From: Candidatus Chisholmbacteria bacterium
GTDB lineage: Bacteria; Patescibacteriota; Microgenomatia; UBA1400; Chisholmbacteraceae
Direction: 5' to 3'
Length of the DNA: 64,000 nucleotides
NCBI GenBank assembly: GCA_963704905.1
Contig: CAVPHZ010000001.1
Span: 451,438-515,437, forward strand
Part shown: positions 27,615 to 37,297 of the stretch, one piece after another
Position numbering within the stretch: the first letter of the stretch is position 1
How the letters are laid out: each line of letters begins with the position of its first letter
Position numbers and translations under genes: made by a program
The notes under the pieces: model-generated
Database searches by the model: none
Told to the model about the DNA's origin: nothing
Seen by the model: only the letters and a program-made list of their open reading frames with translations

Positions 27615-29014
27615 AAAATCTTTCAATTCTTTTTCCAGTTTATAACGAAGAGGAGGTGTTGTGCCGATCAGTGAATCGGTTGCTTAGGTATCTTAAGAGA
27701 AATAAAAGTAAAGATATTGAGATTATATTGGTCGATAATGGCAGTCATGATCGCACGCCTGAAATTCTAGAGAGATTAGAGAGTCAGTCGCCTTGGATTA
27801 GGGTGTTGTGGTTGCCGCTTCCAAGTTTTGGTGAGGCAGTCCGAATCGGGATTGAGTCAGCTGAGCGGGATTTTATTTTGTTATTAAATGTAGATTGGTG
27901 GGAAGTGAAATTTATTGAGGAGGCGTATGCTGTACGAGATACAGCTGATCTTATAGTTGCTAGCAAAGTGTTAGATCCAACTCTTGATGAGCGGCCGATT
28001 GTACGACAATATTCCACAAGACTTCTCATGTTGGTAATAAGGTTTCTCTTTCGATATCGTGGAACTGATACCCATGGCATAAAATTGGTGAATAGAAAAA
28101 AAATACTTCCGCTTCTAAAAGTGTGTCAGGCTTCTGAACTCCTTGAAACTGAGTTGTTGATACGTGCACAGAACGTCGGATTAAAAATTAAAGAGTTATC
28201 CTGTGCAATTAAAGAGTTAAGACCTCCACGAAAACCTGTGATTTTTCGGTTGAAACAAATTCTTCGAGAATTGATCTCACTTCGGATAATGTTGAAAAAT
28301 AAGTCTTCACTTAGGGAGCCTACAGCTTATCACGTCGATGATTTTGGATATAGCCAAGCGTCTTATTGGAAGACACTCAAATTGCAGAGAACAGGATTAT
28401 TAACAGGTGTGTCTTTAATGGTTACAATGCCTAAATTAGGTGAAACCATTGAACAGCAGAAATACATAAGAGCGCCAATTTTTTTGCATGTAGATCTTGT
28501 GGAAGGAAAGCCAGTCAGTAATTTATCTGCAATTCGTACTCTTGTTGATCAGCAGGGGAATTTTTATCCCTTATTTCATTTTGTGATGAGATTACTGTTA
28601 AAAATAGTAGATCCCAAGGAAGTTGAGAATGAGGTTCAAGCACAGCTTTCACTAGCACGATCAAATGGTTTGGAGATTGTTGGAATTGATACTCATCGCC
28701 ATACTCATATGTTTTCTCCAGTTGCTGAGGTAGTTGAAAAAGTGCGTTTGCAGGAAAAATTGATAAGTCATGGTCGGTACGGTTCATTTGTTACTCTGAG
28801 TTTGTTAGGCTTCTCAAAGAGGTGTCTAGTCCTACTTGCTTCTTTTTATTCTCGACTGATTTATTATTTTGATCTTTCTCTTCCCATGAGTTGGCAGGGA
28901 ACCATTGACAGGTCAGTAGTATTCTTGAGCTGGGAGAAGACCAGCTTTGAAAAGCTTTCACAGGTAGAAAATAAACTAGTAGTTGTCCATCCAGGGTTAG
29001 GATTCGACAAATGA
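27611..29014 (+). CDS. Fusion protein: N-terminal GT2 (polyprenol-phosphate sugar transferase-like) + C-terminal YdjC/ChbG-family carbohydrate deacetylase
   Basis: GT2: LSILFPVYNEEEVL ... ILVDNGSHDRT; C-terminal YHVDDFGYSQAS (cf. YdjC hADDFGls) and GIDTHRHTHMF (cf. DgHqHvH); ATGA-type overlap with the MTase gene. Confidence 0.6.
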   Translation: MKNLSILFPVYNEEEVLCRSVNRLLRYLKRNKSKDIEIILVDNGSHDRTPEILERLESQSPWIRVLWLPLPSFGEAVRIGIESAERDFILLLNVDWWEVKFIEEAYAVRDTADLIVASKVLDPTLDERPIVRQYSTRLLMLVIRFLFRYRGTDTHGIKLVNRKKILPLLKVCQASELLETELLIRAQNVGLKIKELSCAIKELRPPRKPVIFRLKQILRELISLRIMLKNKSSLREPTAYHVDDFGYSQASYWKTLKLQRTGLLTGVSLMVTMPKLGETIEQQKYIRAPIFLHVDLVEGKPVSNLSAIRTLVDQQGNFYPLFHFVMRLLLKIVDPKEVENEVQAQLSLARSNGLEIVGIDTHRHTHMFSPVAEVVEKVRLQEKLISHGRYGSFVTLSLLGFSKRCLVLLASFYSRLIYYFDLSLPMSWQGTIDRSVVFLSWEKTSFEKLSQVENKLVVVHPGLGFDK

Positions 29015-29098
29015 GTGACATTGACGGTGAATATAATGAGTTTTGGGATGATTTAGGATTGCTGTCTGCGAAATGAAGGCAGATTTTGTTACACTATC

Positions 29099-29848
29099 TT
29101 GAATATGGAATACAGCGAAAAAGATTTTCAGGATCATTTGGATCAAGAGCATAAAATCACACCTTTTTCAGAGTATCTAAAGGAAATTGTGTATGGCGGA
29201 AATGATGGGATTGTGACGACCTTTGCAGTGGTGGCTGGGTTTGCAGGAGCTTCAGCAGGTGAACATCTTTCTGGTGTGGGTATTGCCGCTGTGTTGCTGT
29301 TTGGTTTGGCGAATTTGTTTGCGGACGGGACGAGTATGGGATTAGGGAATTTTTTATCCGTTCGCAGTAATCAGGACGTATTCCGCTCTCATAAAGAAAA
29401 GGAACTCAAAGAAATCCGCGAGAATCCTAAGATGGAGGAGCAGGAAACCATTCATCTGCTTAAAAAGCGCGGGTACAGTGAAGATGATGCTAAGGAAATG
29501 GCTAATCTCTATGCAAAGAATGAGAAGTATTGGCTCGAGTTTATGATGAAGCAAGAGTTAGAGATGGCTGATCCGGAGGGAGAGAATCCACTGTCGACAG
29601 CATTGGCGACATTTGCTTCATTTATTGCTTTTGGGTTTATTCCGCTGGCGCCATATTTTATTTTGCAGAAGGTTGACCATACATTTTATTACTCTATCCT
29701 GTTTACGTTTGTGGCTCTGGTTCTTCTCGGGTTGCTGCGGTGGAAAGTGACAAAGGAAAAAATAATCCGATCGGTAGGGGAAGTGGTATTCATTGGGGGC
29801 GTTTCAGCCTTTGTTGCGTTTTTCGTCGGGACGTTTTTTAGAGGGTAA
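29099..29848 (+). CDS. VIT1/CCC1 family Fe/Mn transporter
   Basis: EIVYGGNDGIVTTFAVVAGFAGA signature; central cytoplasmic acidic metal-binding region; C-terminal TM bundle. Confidence 0.75.
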   Translation: MNMEYSEKDFQDHLDQEHKITPFSEYLKEIVYGGNDGIVTTFAVVAGFAGASAGEHLSGVGIAAVLLFGLANLFADGTSMGLGNFLSVRSNQDVFRSHKEKELKEIRENPKMEEQETIHLLKKRGYSEDDAKEMANLYAKNEKYWLEFMMKQELEMADPEGENPLSTALATFASFIAFGFIPLAPYFILQKVDHTFYYSILFTFVALVLLGLLRWKVTKEKIIRSVGEVVFIGGVSAFVAFFVGTFFRG

Positions 29849-29866
29849 TGTATTATTTGTAGATTA

Positions 29867-30685
29867 CTACTTGAATTTGGTTCCTCCGAATTTATCAAAC
29901 ACTTCAGCCTGGTTCCAGATAAACTTAAAAAGTTGCGACATGAGGTGAGCATAATCGACGCTAGCAATTTCTACACCCATGATGTCGTTTTCTCTATATC
30001 CATGGATGTGAACCATGTTGCTCAATATATAAATGTCTTGAGTGATCTCGAATTTATTTTTCGGTATAACGCGTCCTCTGAAGTGATGTCTGACATAAGT
30101 TAAATTGTCAGACCAGGATGGATTTCCATCGTTTGGTATAGGTTCTGCATCTTCTTTGTTAGCAATTTCAAAGATGTGAATATTTTTTTTCACTACTTCT
30201 TCTCTTATTGCTTCAGCAAACTCTCTCCCTAGATTTTTTATCCATAAGCTTCCAGCATCAAAGATAAAAATGTCTTCATTCTGGCGCTCGCATCGTTTCC
30301 ACTCCATTTGTTTTAGACCACGAACCTCTTTATAAAACCTAACAGACGTGTCTCTGATATTACTTGACATTAATGGTTGGAGAGATTGTTGAAGATCGTT
30401 TAATGAGTTGCGAAGTTGTTTGGCTTTTTTTTCTTTTTCCAAAACAAGAGATTCGAATTGTTTAGGATCTGCAGCATTATAGTGAGTAGTTTTGTCACCA
30501 ATTTGAACCTCCGCCAAGCCTCTTTTAGTTAAGGACTCAAGGATTCTATAAACTGTGGTGCGTTTGATAGAGGAGTGACGAGAGAGCTCAAGTGCTGTAA
30601 TCCAGTCGTGTTTAATCAGTAACAGATAAACTTCTTGTTCTTTTTCATTTAAACCAAATAGTTTGAGTGATTGATGTAGATCCAT
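29867..30685 (-). CDS. TrmB-family sugar-responsive transcriptional regulator
   Basis: N-terminal wHTH LNEKEQEVYLLLIKHDWITALELSRHSSIKRTTVYRILESLTKRGLAEV; C-terminal TrmB-type effector domain; divergent from the dehydrogenase gene. Confidence 0.6.
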   Translation of the reverse strand: MDLHQSLKLFGLNEKEQEVYLLLIKHDWITALELSRHSSIKRTTVYRILESLTKRGLAEVQIGDKTTHYNAADPKQFESLVLEKEKKAKQLRNSLNDLQQSLQPLMSSNIRDTSVRFYKEVRGLKQMEWKRCERQNEDIFIFDAGSLWIKNLGREFAEAIREEVVKKNIHIFEIANKEDAEPIPNDGNPSWSDNLTYVRHHFRGRVIPKNKFEITQDIYILSNMVHIHGYRENDIMGVEIASVDYAHLMSQLFKFIWNQAEVFDKFGGTKFK

Positions 30686-30783
30686 ATTACTCTCTGTCTA
30701 CTATTATGGACAACAGTTTGTGCTTTGTCAATGCCTAGTGTAGAATTCATCGAATTAATTAGTGTTATCAATAATGGACACTT

Positions 30784-31728
30784 ATGAAGATTTTTGTACT
30801 AAGTCCAAAGTCAGAGTTCACACAGAGCCAGCTGAGAAGATTGAGTGGTCTTGGTGAGGTTATTTATACCAAGAATCGAGATGAGTATCCTTTGAATAAG
30901 TTAATCAACTTTGCGAGGGATTCGGATATATTGGCGTTTGATCCTGATAATATTGGTGGTTTTGAAAAATCACCAAAGAGACTTGTGAAGCTCATAGATT
31001 CTATGCCAAATATTAAAGGTCTGGCATTAAGCACAACCTCATTTGGCTATGTAGATTTAGACTACTGCAGGCGAAGAAAGATTAGTGTTTCGAATGTACC
31101 TTACTATTCTACTGAGTCTGTGGCTGAGCATGTCGTAGCTTTTATGCTTGGGGCTGCAAAAAGAATCTTTCTAACAGATAGGAGAACGCAGAGAGGTACA
31201 TATCTTTTGATGGAAGGATTTGAGCTTAAGGGTAAAACTTTGGGTGTCATTGGCTTAGGTCATATTGGCGAGCGATTAGCCGAGTTGGGACTGGCTCTGG
31301 GGATGAAGGTTATTGCTTGGAATAGGACTCCTAAGAAGGTAAAAGGAGTCAAGATGGTGTCTTTAGATAAGGTATTGTCTGGTTCCGACGCGATTTCAAT
31401 TAATTTAGCCGAGAATGAGGATACAAAAAGAATTATTTCGAAGCAGAGAATTGCGAAGTTGAAAAAAGGAGTAGTTGTTGTCAATACTGCCGACCGGTCG
31501 CTAGTGGATGAAGAAGCCATGGCGAAAGCTTTAAAGTCAAGGAAAGTTGATACATATGTATTGGAGGCTGAGGATTTGACTTCTCCTCCCCTAGGAGGGG
31601 TTGAAAATGCAGTCCTTTTTAAAGGGTTTGGTTGGTATACAAAAGAAGCATTGGAAAAAAATAAAGAGATTTGGATTGAGAATATTGAGGCGATAGTGGA
31701 AGGGAAGTTGAAGAATTCGGTTAATTGA
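30784..31728 (+). CDS. D-isomer-specific 2-hydroxyacid dehydrogenase (NAD-binding)
   Basis: GKTLGVIGLGHIGERLAELGLALGMKVIAWNR (GxGxxG Rossmann), catalytic domain architecture. Confidence 0.75.
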   Translation: MKIFVLSPKSEFTQSQLRRLSGLGEVIYTKNRDEYPLNKLINFARDSDILAFDPDNIGGFEKSPKRLVKLIDSMPNIKGLALSTTSFGYVDLDYCRRRKISVSNVPYYSTESVAEHVVAFMLGAAKRIFLTDRRTQRGTYLLMEGFELKGKTLGVIGLGHIGERLAELGLALGMKVIAWNRTPKKVKGVKMVSLDKVLSGSDAISINLAENEDTKRIISKQRIAKLKKGVVVVNTADRSLVDEEAMAKALKSRKVDTYVLEAEDLTSPPLGGVENAVLFKGFGWYTKEALEKNKEIWIENIEAIVEGKLKNSVN

Positions 31729-31737
31729 TTGGAGATG

Positions 31738-32922
31738 TTAGGCTAGGTTGTACTTTTTAGCAAAGTCATCTAGTCTATCAAATGTTTTGTGGATTATGGT
31801 TGGATCGGCGGCAAATGACATGCGAATGTGTCCCTCGCCGCTTGGGCCCATTGTGCTTCCTGGGATGGTGATGACCTTGGCTTCATCGACAAGTTTTTTA
31901 GCAAATTCAAATGAGTTGATGTTAAAGTATAAATATTTGGGGAAGGTGTAATATGCCCCATCTGGTTTGTGATACGAGAAGAGTTGAGGTAGGTTGTCTA
32001 ACCTCTCACAGATTGCTTCTCGGCTTTTCGTGAATTTTTTCTTAAAGTATTTCATCGCTTGTATTCCGCGTTTATCAGAAAGAGCTATGGTTGCGGCGAC
32101 GATTGAAGTTGTTGCTGGCCCGATGCTGAAGTACACATGGATATCGTTTATTTTTGAGATAATTTGTTTGTTGGCATAAGCATAGCCTATTCTCCAGCCG
32201 GTCATTGCGAACTCTTTACTGAAACTCTTGCATAGCACCACATTATTTCGAAGCTCTGGAATTTTCATTGGGCTGAAAAGTTTTTTCTCATAGGTTAGGA
32301 ATTCGTAGGCCTCATCGAGGATGAGAATGAGGTTTCTCTCTAATACTATTTGTGATATCGTGCGTGCTTCGTTTTCTGATAAGACAGAACCAGTCGGATT
32401 GTTGGGATTGGTGAGGAGAATTGCTCTTGTGTTTTTTGTGATTGAACTTTTCAGTTTTTCTAAGTCAATGGTCCACCCTTTTTCCTCTTTATATGGGACG
32501 AATATTGGTGTTGCTTGGGCAATGTGAATTTGTGAGAGATGGAGCGGGTAGCTCGGGTCGAAGTAGATTATTTCATCTTCCTTTTGCAGGAGCGCCATCA
32601 TGGAAGAGAACAGCGCACCAATTCCACCGGTCGTGATATAGATCTCTTCCATATCTGGATTAAAGCCATAGAGATGCTTCATTTGATTTATGATTTGTTC
32701 TTTCAGATCGTTGTCAATTTTTGCACTAGAGTACATGCCCAATTCATTGTCTGTTTTTGATCGCTCGTAGAGCTCGTCGTAAATGAATGGAGGTGTAGGG
32801 AATAGCGGGGTTCCTTGGCCGAGGGAAGCGACGTCATCGTATTTTGAGGCATAGCGCATCATGAATCCGATACCGGAGTTGGGGACGTTGGTGGCGCGTT
32901 TGCTGAATGGATAGGTGGTCAT
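31738..32922 (-). CDS. PLP-dependent aminotransferase class I/II
   Basis: CKSFSKEFAMTGWRIGYAY with SFSK lysine motif; 394 aa. Confidence 0.75.
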   Translation of the reverse strand: MTTYPFSKRATNVPNSGIGFMMRYASKYDDVASLGQGTPLFPTPPFIYDELYERSKTDNELGMYSSAKIDNDLKEQIINQMKHLYGFNPDMEEIYITTGGIGALFSSMMALLQKEDEIIYFDPSYPLHLSQIHIAQATPIFVPYKEEKGWTIDLEKLKSSITKNTRAILLTNPNNPTGSVLSENEARTISQIVLERNLILILDEAYEFLTYEKKLFSPMKIPELRNNVVLCKSFSKEFAMTGWRIGYAYANKQIISKINDIHVYFSIGPATTSIVAATIALSDKRGIQAMKYFKKKFTKSREAICERLDNLPQLFSYHKPDGAYYTFPKYLYFNINSFEFAKKLVDEAKVITIPGSTMGPSGEGHIRMSFAADPTIIHKTFDRLDDFAKKYNLA

Positions 32923-33037
32923 TTTTCTTGCGATATTGTATCAGTTTAGTTAGATAACAGTTTGTTAATATATTAGCTAGAAATTAGTCTGACATAGATT
33001 TCCAGGGGTGGCAATTTTTTTATGATAAACTAGAAAC

Positions 33038-33490
33038 ATGAAGAAGCTTGTAACTGATGTCATGATTGAACTTCATGTCCCAAGCTTTGAAGTGGTGAAG
33101 AAGTTTTATGGTGACCTGGGATTTGAGAGGGTTTGGGAAAAGAAGCCGATAGAGAGGAAGGGATACATGGTGATGCGGAGAGGAGGCTCTATTTTGAACT
33201 TCTACTGTGGAAATGAACATGTATACGAGCAAGATTACTTCAAGAATTTTCCAAGAGACAGTAAACGAGGTTACGCGGTTGAGGTGATAATACCAGTTGA
33301 TAATTTGAAATCACTTTACGAAGAGGTTTTAAAGAAATATAAAGAGAAAATTACTAGACCTTATAACTCGAAGTTTGAAAAGCCTGATTTTCGTATGGAA
33401 GACCCGTTTGGTTTCTATCTTCGGTTTGTTGAGCGGTATGACTGGGTAAACAACAGAGATGAATTTGGAGAAGTAAGAAATGAATCATAA
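33038..33490 (+). CDS. VOC (glyoxalase/bleomycin-resistance fold)-like small protein
   Basis: Size and beta-alpha-beta-beta-beta-like pattern at the N-terminus; weak. Confidence 0.3.
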   Translation: MKKLVTDVMIELHVPSFEVVKKFYGDLGFERVWEKKPIERKGYMVMRRGGSILNFYCGNEHVYEQDYFKNFPRDSKRGYAVEVIIPVDNLKSLYEEVLKKYKEKITRPYNSKFEKPDFRMEDPFGFYLRFVERYDWVNNRDEFGEVRNES

Positions 33491-34460
33491 AAATCGAGTA
33501 GGGCTGGGGACATTTCCGTTATCGGGAGTGTTTCGTGAGATTGGCAAGGATGAGGCGAAGCTGGTGGTTCGCCGATTTTTAGAATTGGGTGGGTATTATA
33601 TTGATACTGCTCCGCTTTATGGATTTGGTGAAGTGGAAGAGTTGTTGGGTGAGGTATTTACTGACTTTTCCCGCGATGATTATTTTTTGATGACCAAGTG
33701 CGGGATCGTTGGAATTGAAGAAAAAGAGAAAAGAAAAAGCAGCAAATACGATGATGTCATCCTCGAGTGTTATAAATCGTTGAAGCGACTGGGTGCTGAT
33801 TATTTTGATCTCTATTTTGTGCACTCACCTGACCCTGAAACGCCGTATGACGAGACAATCACGGCACTTAAAGAGCTCAAAGATGAAGGGAAAATTAAAC
33901 ATATTGGTGTTTCAAATGTCTCTTTGGAAGAGTTGGAGAGATACAACACAACGGAATTGGTTGAGTATGTGCAGAATCGATTTAGTTTAATCAATCGAAG
34001 TATTAATTCTGCGATGCAAATATATTTTATGAAGCACAACATTCAACTCGTTCCATATAATGTGTTGGAGCTTGGACAGTTAACTGAGGATATTCTCCAT
34101 GATCCTTCATTACGAGAAGGTGATTTGAGAAAAGAACTTCCTGAGTGGGAGAAGCACCGATTGGATGTGATTGTGGAATGGGCGGAACAAGAACTTAAGC
34201 CAGTTGCTAATGAATTGGGAATCGACCTTGAACTCCTTGCGATTGCTTGGACGCTTCATCAACCGCAGGTTTGCTGTCCAATTGTCGGGATGACTACAGT
34301 AGATCAGGTTGAGGAGAATTTACGAGCAGGAGATATTAAACTTAGTGATCGGCAATTAGCTGCAGTTGATCGGGCGTTTGAGAATTTGCGGAAGAATACA
34401 ATAGCACTGCAAAATCTGGATGTGCATGAGTTTCGTGGTTTGAATGAGAAGTATAGTTAA
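33480..34460 (+). CDS. Aldo/keto reductase
   Basis: GTFPLSG ... YIDTAPLYGFGEVEELLGE ... HSPDPETP blocks. Confidence 0.75.
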   Translation: MNHKNRVGLGTFPLSGVFREIGKDEAKLVVRRFLELGGYYIDTAPLYGFGEVEELLGEVFTDFSRDDYFLMTKCGIVGIEEKEKRKSSKYDDVILECYKSLKRLGADYFDLYFVHSPDPETPYDETITALKELKDEGKIKHIGVSNVSLEELERYNTTELVEYVQNRFSLINRSINSAMQIYFMKHNIQLVPYNVLELGQLTEDILHDPSLREGDLRKELPEWEKHRLDVIVEWAEQELKPVANELGIDLELLAIAWTLHQPQVCCPIVGMTTVDQVEENLRAGDIKLSDRQLAAVDRAFENLRKNTIALQNLDVHEFRGLNEKYS

Positions 34461-34519
34461 CTAAGCGGAACTTTAAGATATTGATATAATCTCAGCACAT
34501 TATTCTCAGAAAGGAATTT

Positions 34520-35893
34520 ATGGCAAAACTTGTGTCTACAAATCCTGCGAGAAATTATAAGAAGGTAGGAGAGGTTGATGTTTCTACGTCGCTTGAGATA
34601 AAGGAAAAGGTTGAATTGGCAAATGAGGTGAAGAAAGAGTGGAAAGAGTTGGGTGTGAGCAAGAGAACAGAGTTGTTGAGACCCCTGCTTAAAGATCTTA
34701 AGGAAAGAAAAGAAGAGATTGCTCTATTGACTACAAGAGAAATTGGGAAGCCGATAAAGGAGGCTCGAGGCGATATTGATTGGGATGTCGATTATCTGAA
34801 AGAATTTTTAAAAGATGGAAAGAACTATTTGAGTGACGAGGTCACCTATAAAGGGGATGGTGAGGTGCATCGGTTGGTGTTTGAGCCGATTGGTTCGGCA
34901 GCAGTTATAGTACCTTGGAATTTTCCCTTTGCTAACTTTCTGTGGGGTGTGATTCCTAACTTGATTGCGGGTAATACCGTTGTATTCAAACACTCGGAAG
35001 AATGTCCATTAGTTGGAAGGCTTTGCGAGAAGATGATCGAAGAGCTTAATTTACCTGAGGGTGTGTTTAATGAAGTCTATGGCGGGGGGGCGGTTGGAGA
35101 GATGCTAGCCCGGCAAGATGTTGATCTGATTTGGTTTACCGGGAGCTCGGCAGTTGGGAAAAGGCTCTATCAAATTGCAGGAGAGAAGCAGATCAAAGCA
35201 GTTCTGGAGATGGGAGGCTCAAATCCAGCTGTAATTTTTGATGATGTAAGTATTGATAGTTTGGTTGACCGACTTTATGAAGGTCGTTTTCTAAATAATG
35301 GACAAGTATGTGATGCTATAAAGCGTATTATTGTTCAGAAATCTGTTGCTCAGCAACTGGTAGAAAAACTGAAGAAGAAAGTCTCATTAGCCGTTGTGGG
35401 TGATCCTGAGGAAGAAAAGACTGATATTGGTAGTTTGGTGGCAAAAAGACAGCTTGAGCTGTTGAAGGCTCAAGTTGCTGATGCAGCTGCGAAAGGCGCA
35501 AAGATAGAGATTGGAGGAGAGGAGTCAGCTGGAATGGCGGGCGCTTATTATCTGCCAACTATTGTTACTCATGTTGATCGGAGCATGAAGATATGGAATG
35601 AGGAAGTTTTCGGTCCTGTTTTGCCAGTGGTTGAATTTTCGACAGAAGATGAAGCAGTTGAGTTGGCGAACGATACGATCTACGGTTTAGGTGCAATGGT
35701 CTTTTCAAAAGATAAAAAACGTGCCAAGCGTGTAGCTTCTCAAATTGATGCGGGATGCATTGATATCAATGATGGAAATCATTGGAAGGCTTGCAATCCG
35801 TTTGGGGGATATAAGGCAAGTGGAATGGGGAGAGAACATGGGAGGGTCGGTTTCCGAGAACTTTGTCAAATTAAAGTGATTGCGGAAGGGTAG
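34520..35893 (+). CDS. NAD(P)-dependent aldehyde dehydrogenase
   Basis: FTGSSAVGKRL ... EMGGSNPAVIFDD ... catalytic Cys in GQVCDAIKR. Confidence 0.8.
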   Translation: MAKLVSTNPARNYKKVGEVDVSTSLEIKEKVELANEVKKEWKELGVSKRTELLRPLLKDLKERKEEIALLTTREIGKPIKEARGDIDWDVDYLKEFLKDGKNYLSDEVTYKGDGEVHRLVFEPIGSAAVIVPWNFPFANFLWGVIPNLIAGNTVVFKHSEECPLVGRLCEKMIEELNLPEGVFNEVYGGGAVGEMLARQDVDLIWFTGSSAVGKRLYQIAGEKQIKAVLEMGGSNPAVIFDDVSIDSLVDRLYEGRFLNNGQVCDAIKRIIVQKSVAQQLVEKLKKKVSLAVVGDPEEEKTDIGSLVAKRQLELLKAQVADAAAKGAKIEIGGEESAGMAGAYYLPTIVTHVDRSMKIWNEEVFGPVLPVVEFSTEDEAVELANDTIYGLGAMVFSKDKKRAKRVASQIDAGCIDINDGNHWKACNPFGGYKASGMGREHGRVGFRELCQIKVIAEG

Positions 35894-35895
35894 AT

Positions 35896-36600
35896 ATGAA
35901 ACTGAAAGGTAAAAAGATTCTTATTACAGGTGCCTCGAGTGGTTTGGGGTTCTCTCTAGCTAAGCTATTGGTTAGCAAGGGTTGCAAGGTATATGGAATT
36001 GGTAGAAGTGAGAGTGGTGTAAAACAGGCTAAGAAAGCGCTTAATAAAAAAAGTTTTATCTGTGAGGTTTGTGATGTCACCGATGCTAAGCAAGTGGAGC
36101 AGTTAGTTGGGAAGGTTGGAGTTGTTGACGTTTTGATAAATAACGCAGGTGTGTGGCTTGAAGGCCTATTGCAGGACAATCCTGCTGAGGATATTTCAAG
36201 GACAATTGACGTCAATCTTAAGGGTGTTATTTATATGACTAAACAAATGTTGCCTTTGATGGTAAGGAGAAATAACGGAATCATTGTTAATGTTTCATCT
36301 ACAAGTGGAACGAGCCCAAAAATTAGTCAGTCAGTATATGTTGCAAGTAAATGGGGTGTGACTGGGTTTACAAAATCGCTCCAAATGGATTTGAAGGATA
36401 CAAATATTAAAGTGGTTGGATTTTATCCAGGTGGGATGAGAACCAAGATGTTTGCTAAAGCAGGTAATCCGAAAGAAAACCAGGATTGGATGGATACAGA
36501 TACGGTTGCAGAAATTGTTGTTTCTATTTTAGAGCAGGATGATTCAATGGTCTCTGATCATGTGGTGTTGAATAAGCGTCTTACAAAAACTTCAAACTAA
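35896..36600 (+). CDS. Short-chain dehydrogenase/reductase (SDR)
   Basis: TGASSGLGFSLA (TGxxxGxG) and YVASKWG (YxxxK). Confidence 0.8.
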   Translation: MKLKGKKILITGASSGLGFSLAKLLVSKGCKVYGIGRSESGVKQAKKALNKKSFICEVCDVTDAKQVEQLVGKVGVVDVLINNAGVWLEGLLQDNPAEDISRTIDVNLKGVIYMTKQMLPLMVRRNNGIIVNVSSTSGTSPKISQSVYVASKWGVTGFTKSLQMDLKDTNIKVVGFYPGGMRTKMFAKAGNPKENQDWMDTDTVAEIVVSILEQDDSMVSDHVVLNKRLTKTSN

Positions 36601-36602
36601 AA

Positions 36603-36956
36603 ATGAAACCGCAGAAGTTATCTAAAAAGCAGATTGAATTGGTTGATTTGGGTTCGAAAAAAATTCAGAAGTACCCATTAGATACGAAACTAATGAGTGT
36701 TGCTTATATGGTGGTGGATGGACGACATCCAAAGGGAAAGAAGAAGTTTCTGTTGGAGCATGATTGTGCGTTTGTTGTCTACCTCATTAAAGGTAAGGGA
36801 AAAGTTTATGCTGGAGATGAAGTATTTGATGTTCGGGTTGGAGATGTGGTTTTTGTTCCAACAGAGCATAGGTTTGCGGTTGAGGGGAAGATGGAGTATG
36901 TGACGGTAGATACTCCAGCTTTTTATTTAGAGCAATCAGAGGAAGTTACAGTCTAA
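36603..36956 (+). CDS. Cupin-domain small protein
   Basis: Small barrel-sized protein with GDEVFDVRVGDVVFVP strand pattern; weak. Confidence 0.35.
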   Translation: MKPQKLSKKQIELVDLGSKKIQKYPLDTKLMSVAYMVVDGRHPKGKKKFLLEHDCAFVVYLIKGKGKVYAGDEVFDVRVGDVVFVPTEHRFAVEGKMEYVTVDTPAFYLEQSEEVTV

Positions 36957-37297
36957 TGAAACTTCGAAATGTCATTTTCTATGTAAAAGATCTTGAAAAA
37001 TCTAAGGATTTTTATCACAAACTCGGATTTGAGATGACTCAGGATTTTGGTAGCTTTATCTCGTACAAAACAGATGATGATGAAATCTATTTTTCCTTAA
37101 ACTCAACTCTTACTGAAGATAGAGTACCAGGAAGGCAAGTCTGTGTTTTTTGGACGGAAGATATTGAGGCTGGATTTGAGAAAATGAAAGAATTAGGTGT
37201 TGAGTTTGTTGAAGAGTTGTACGAAGCACCGTTTGGACGAACATTTTCAATTCGAGATATTGATGGGAATAAAATTGAGTATGTGGAGAAGAAATGA
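36956..37297 (+). CDS. VOC family (glyoxalase-like) protein
   Basis: LRNVIFYVKDLEKSKDFYHKLGFEM N-terminal VOC block; 113 aa. Confidence 0.55.
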   Translation: MKLRNVIFYVKDLEKSKDFYHKLGFEMTQDFGSFISYKTDDDEIYFSLNSTLTEDRVPGRQVCVFWTEDIEAGFEKMKELGVEFVEELYEAPFGRTFSIRDIDGNKIEYVEKK

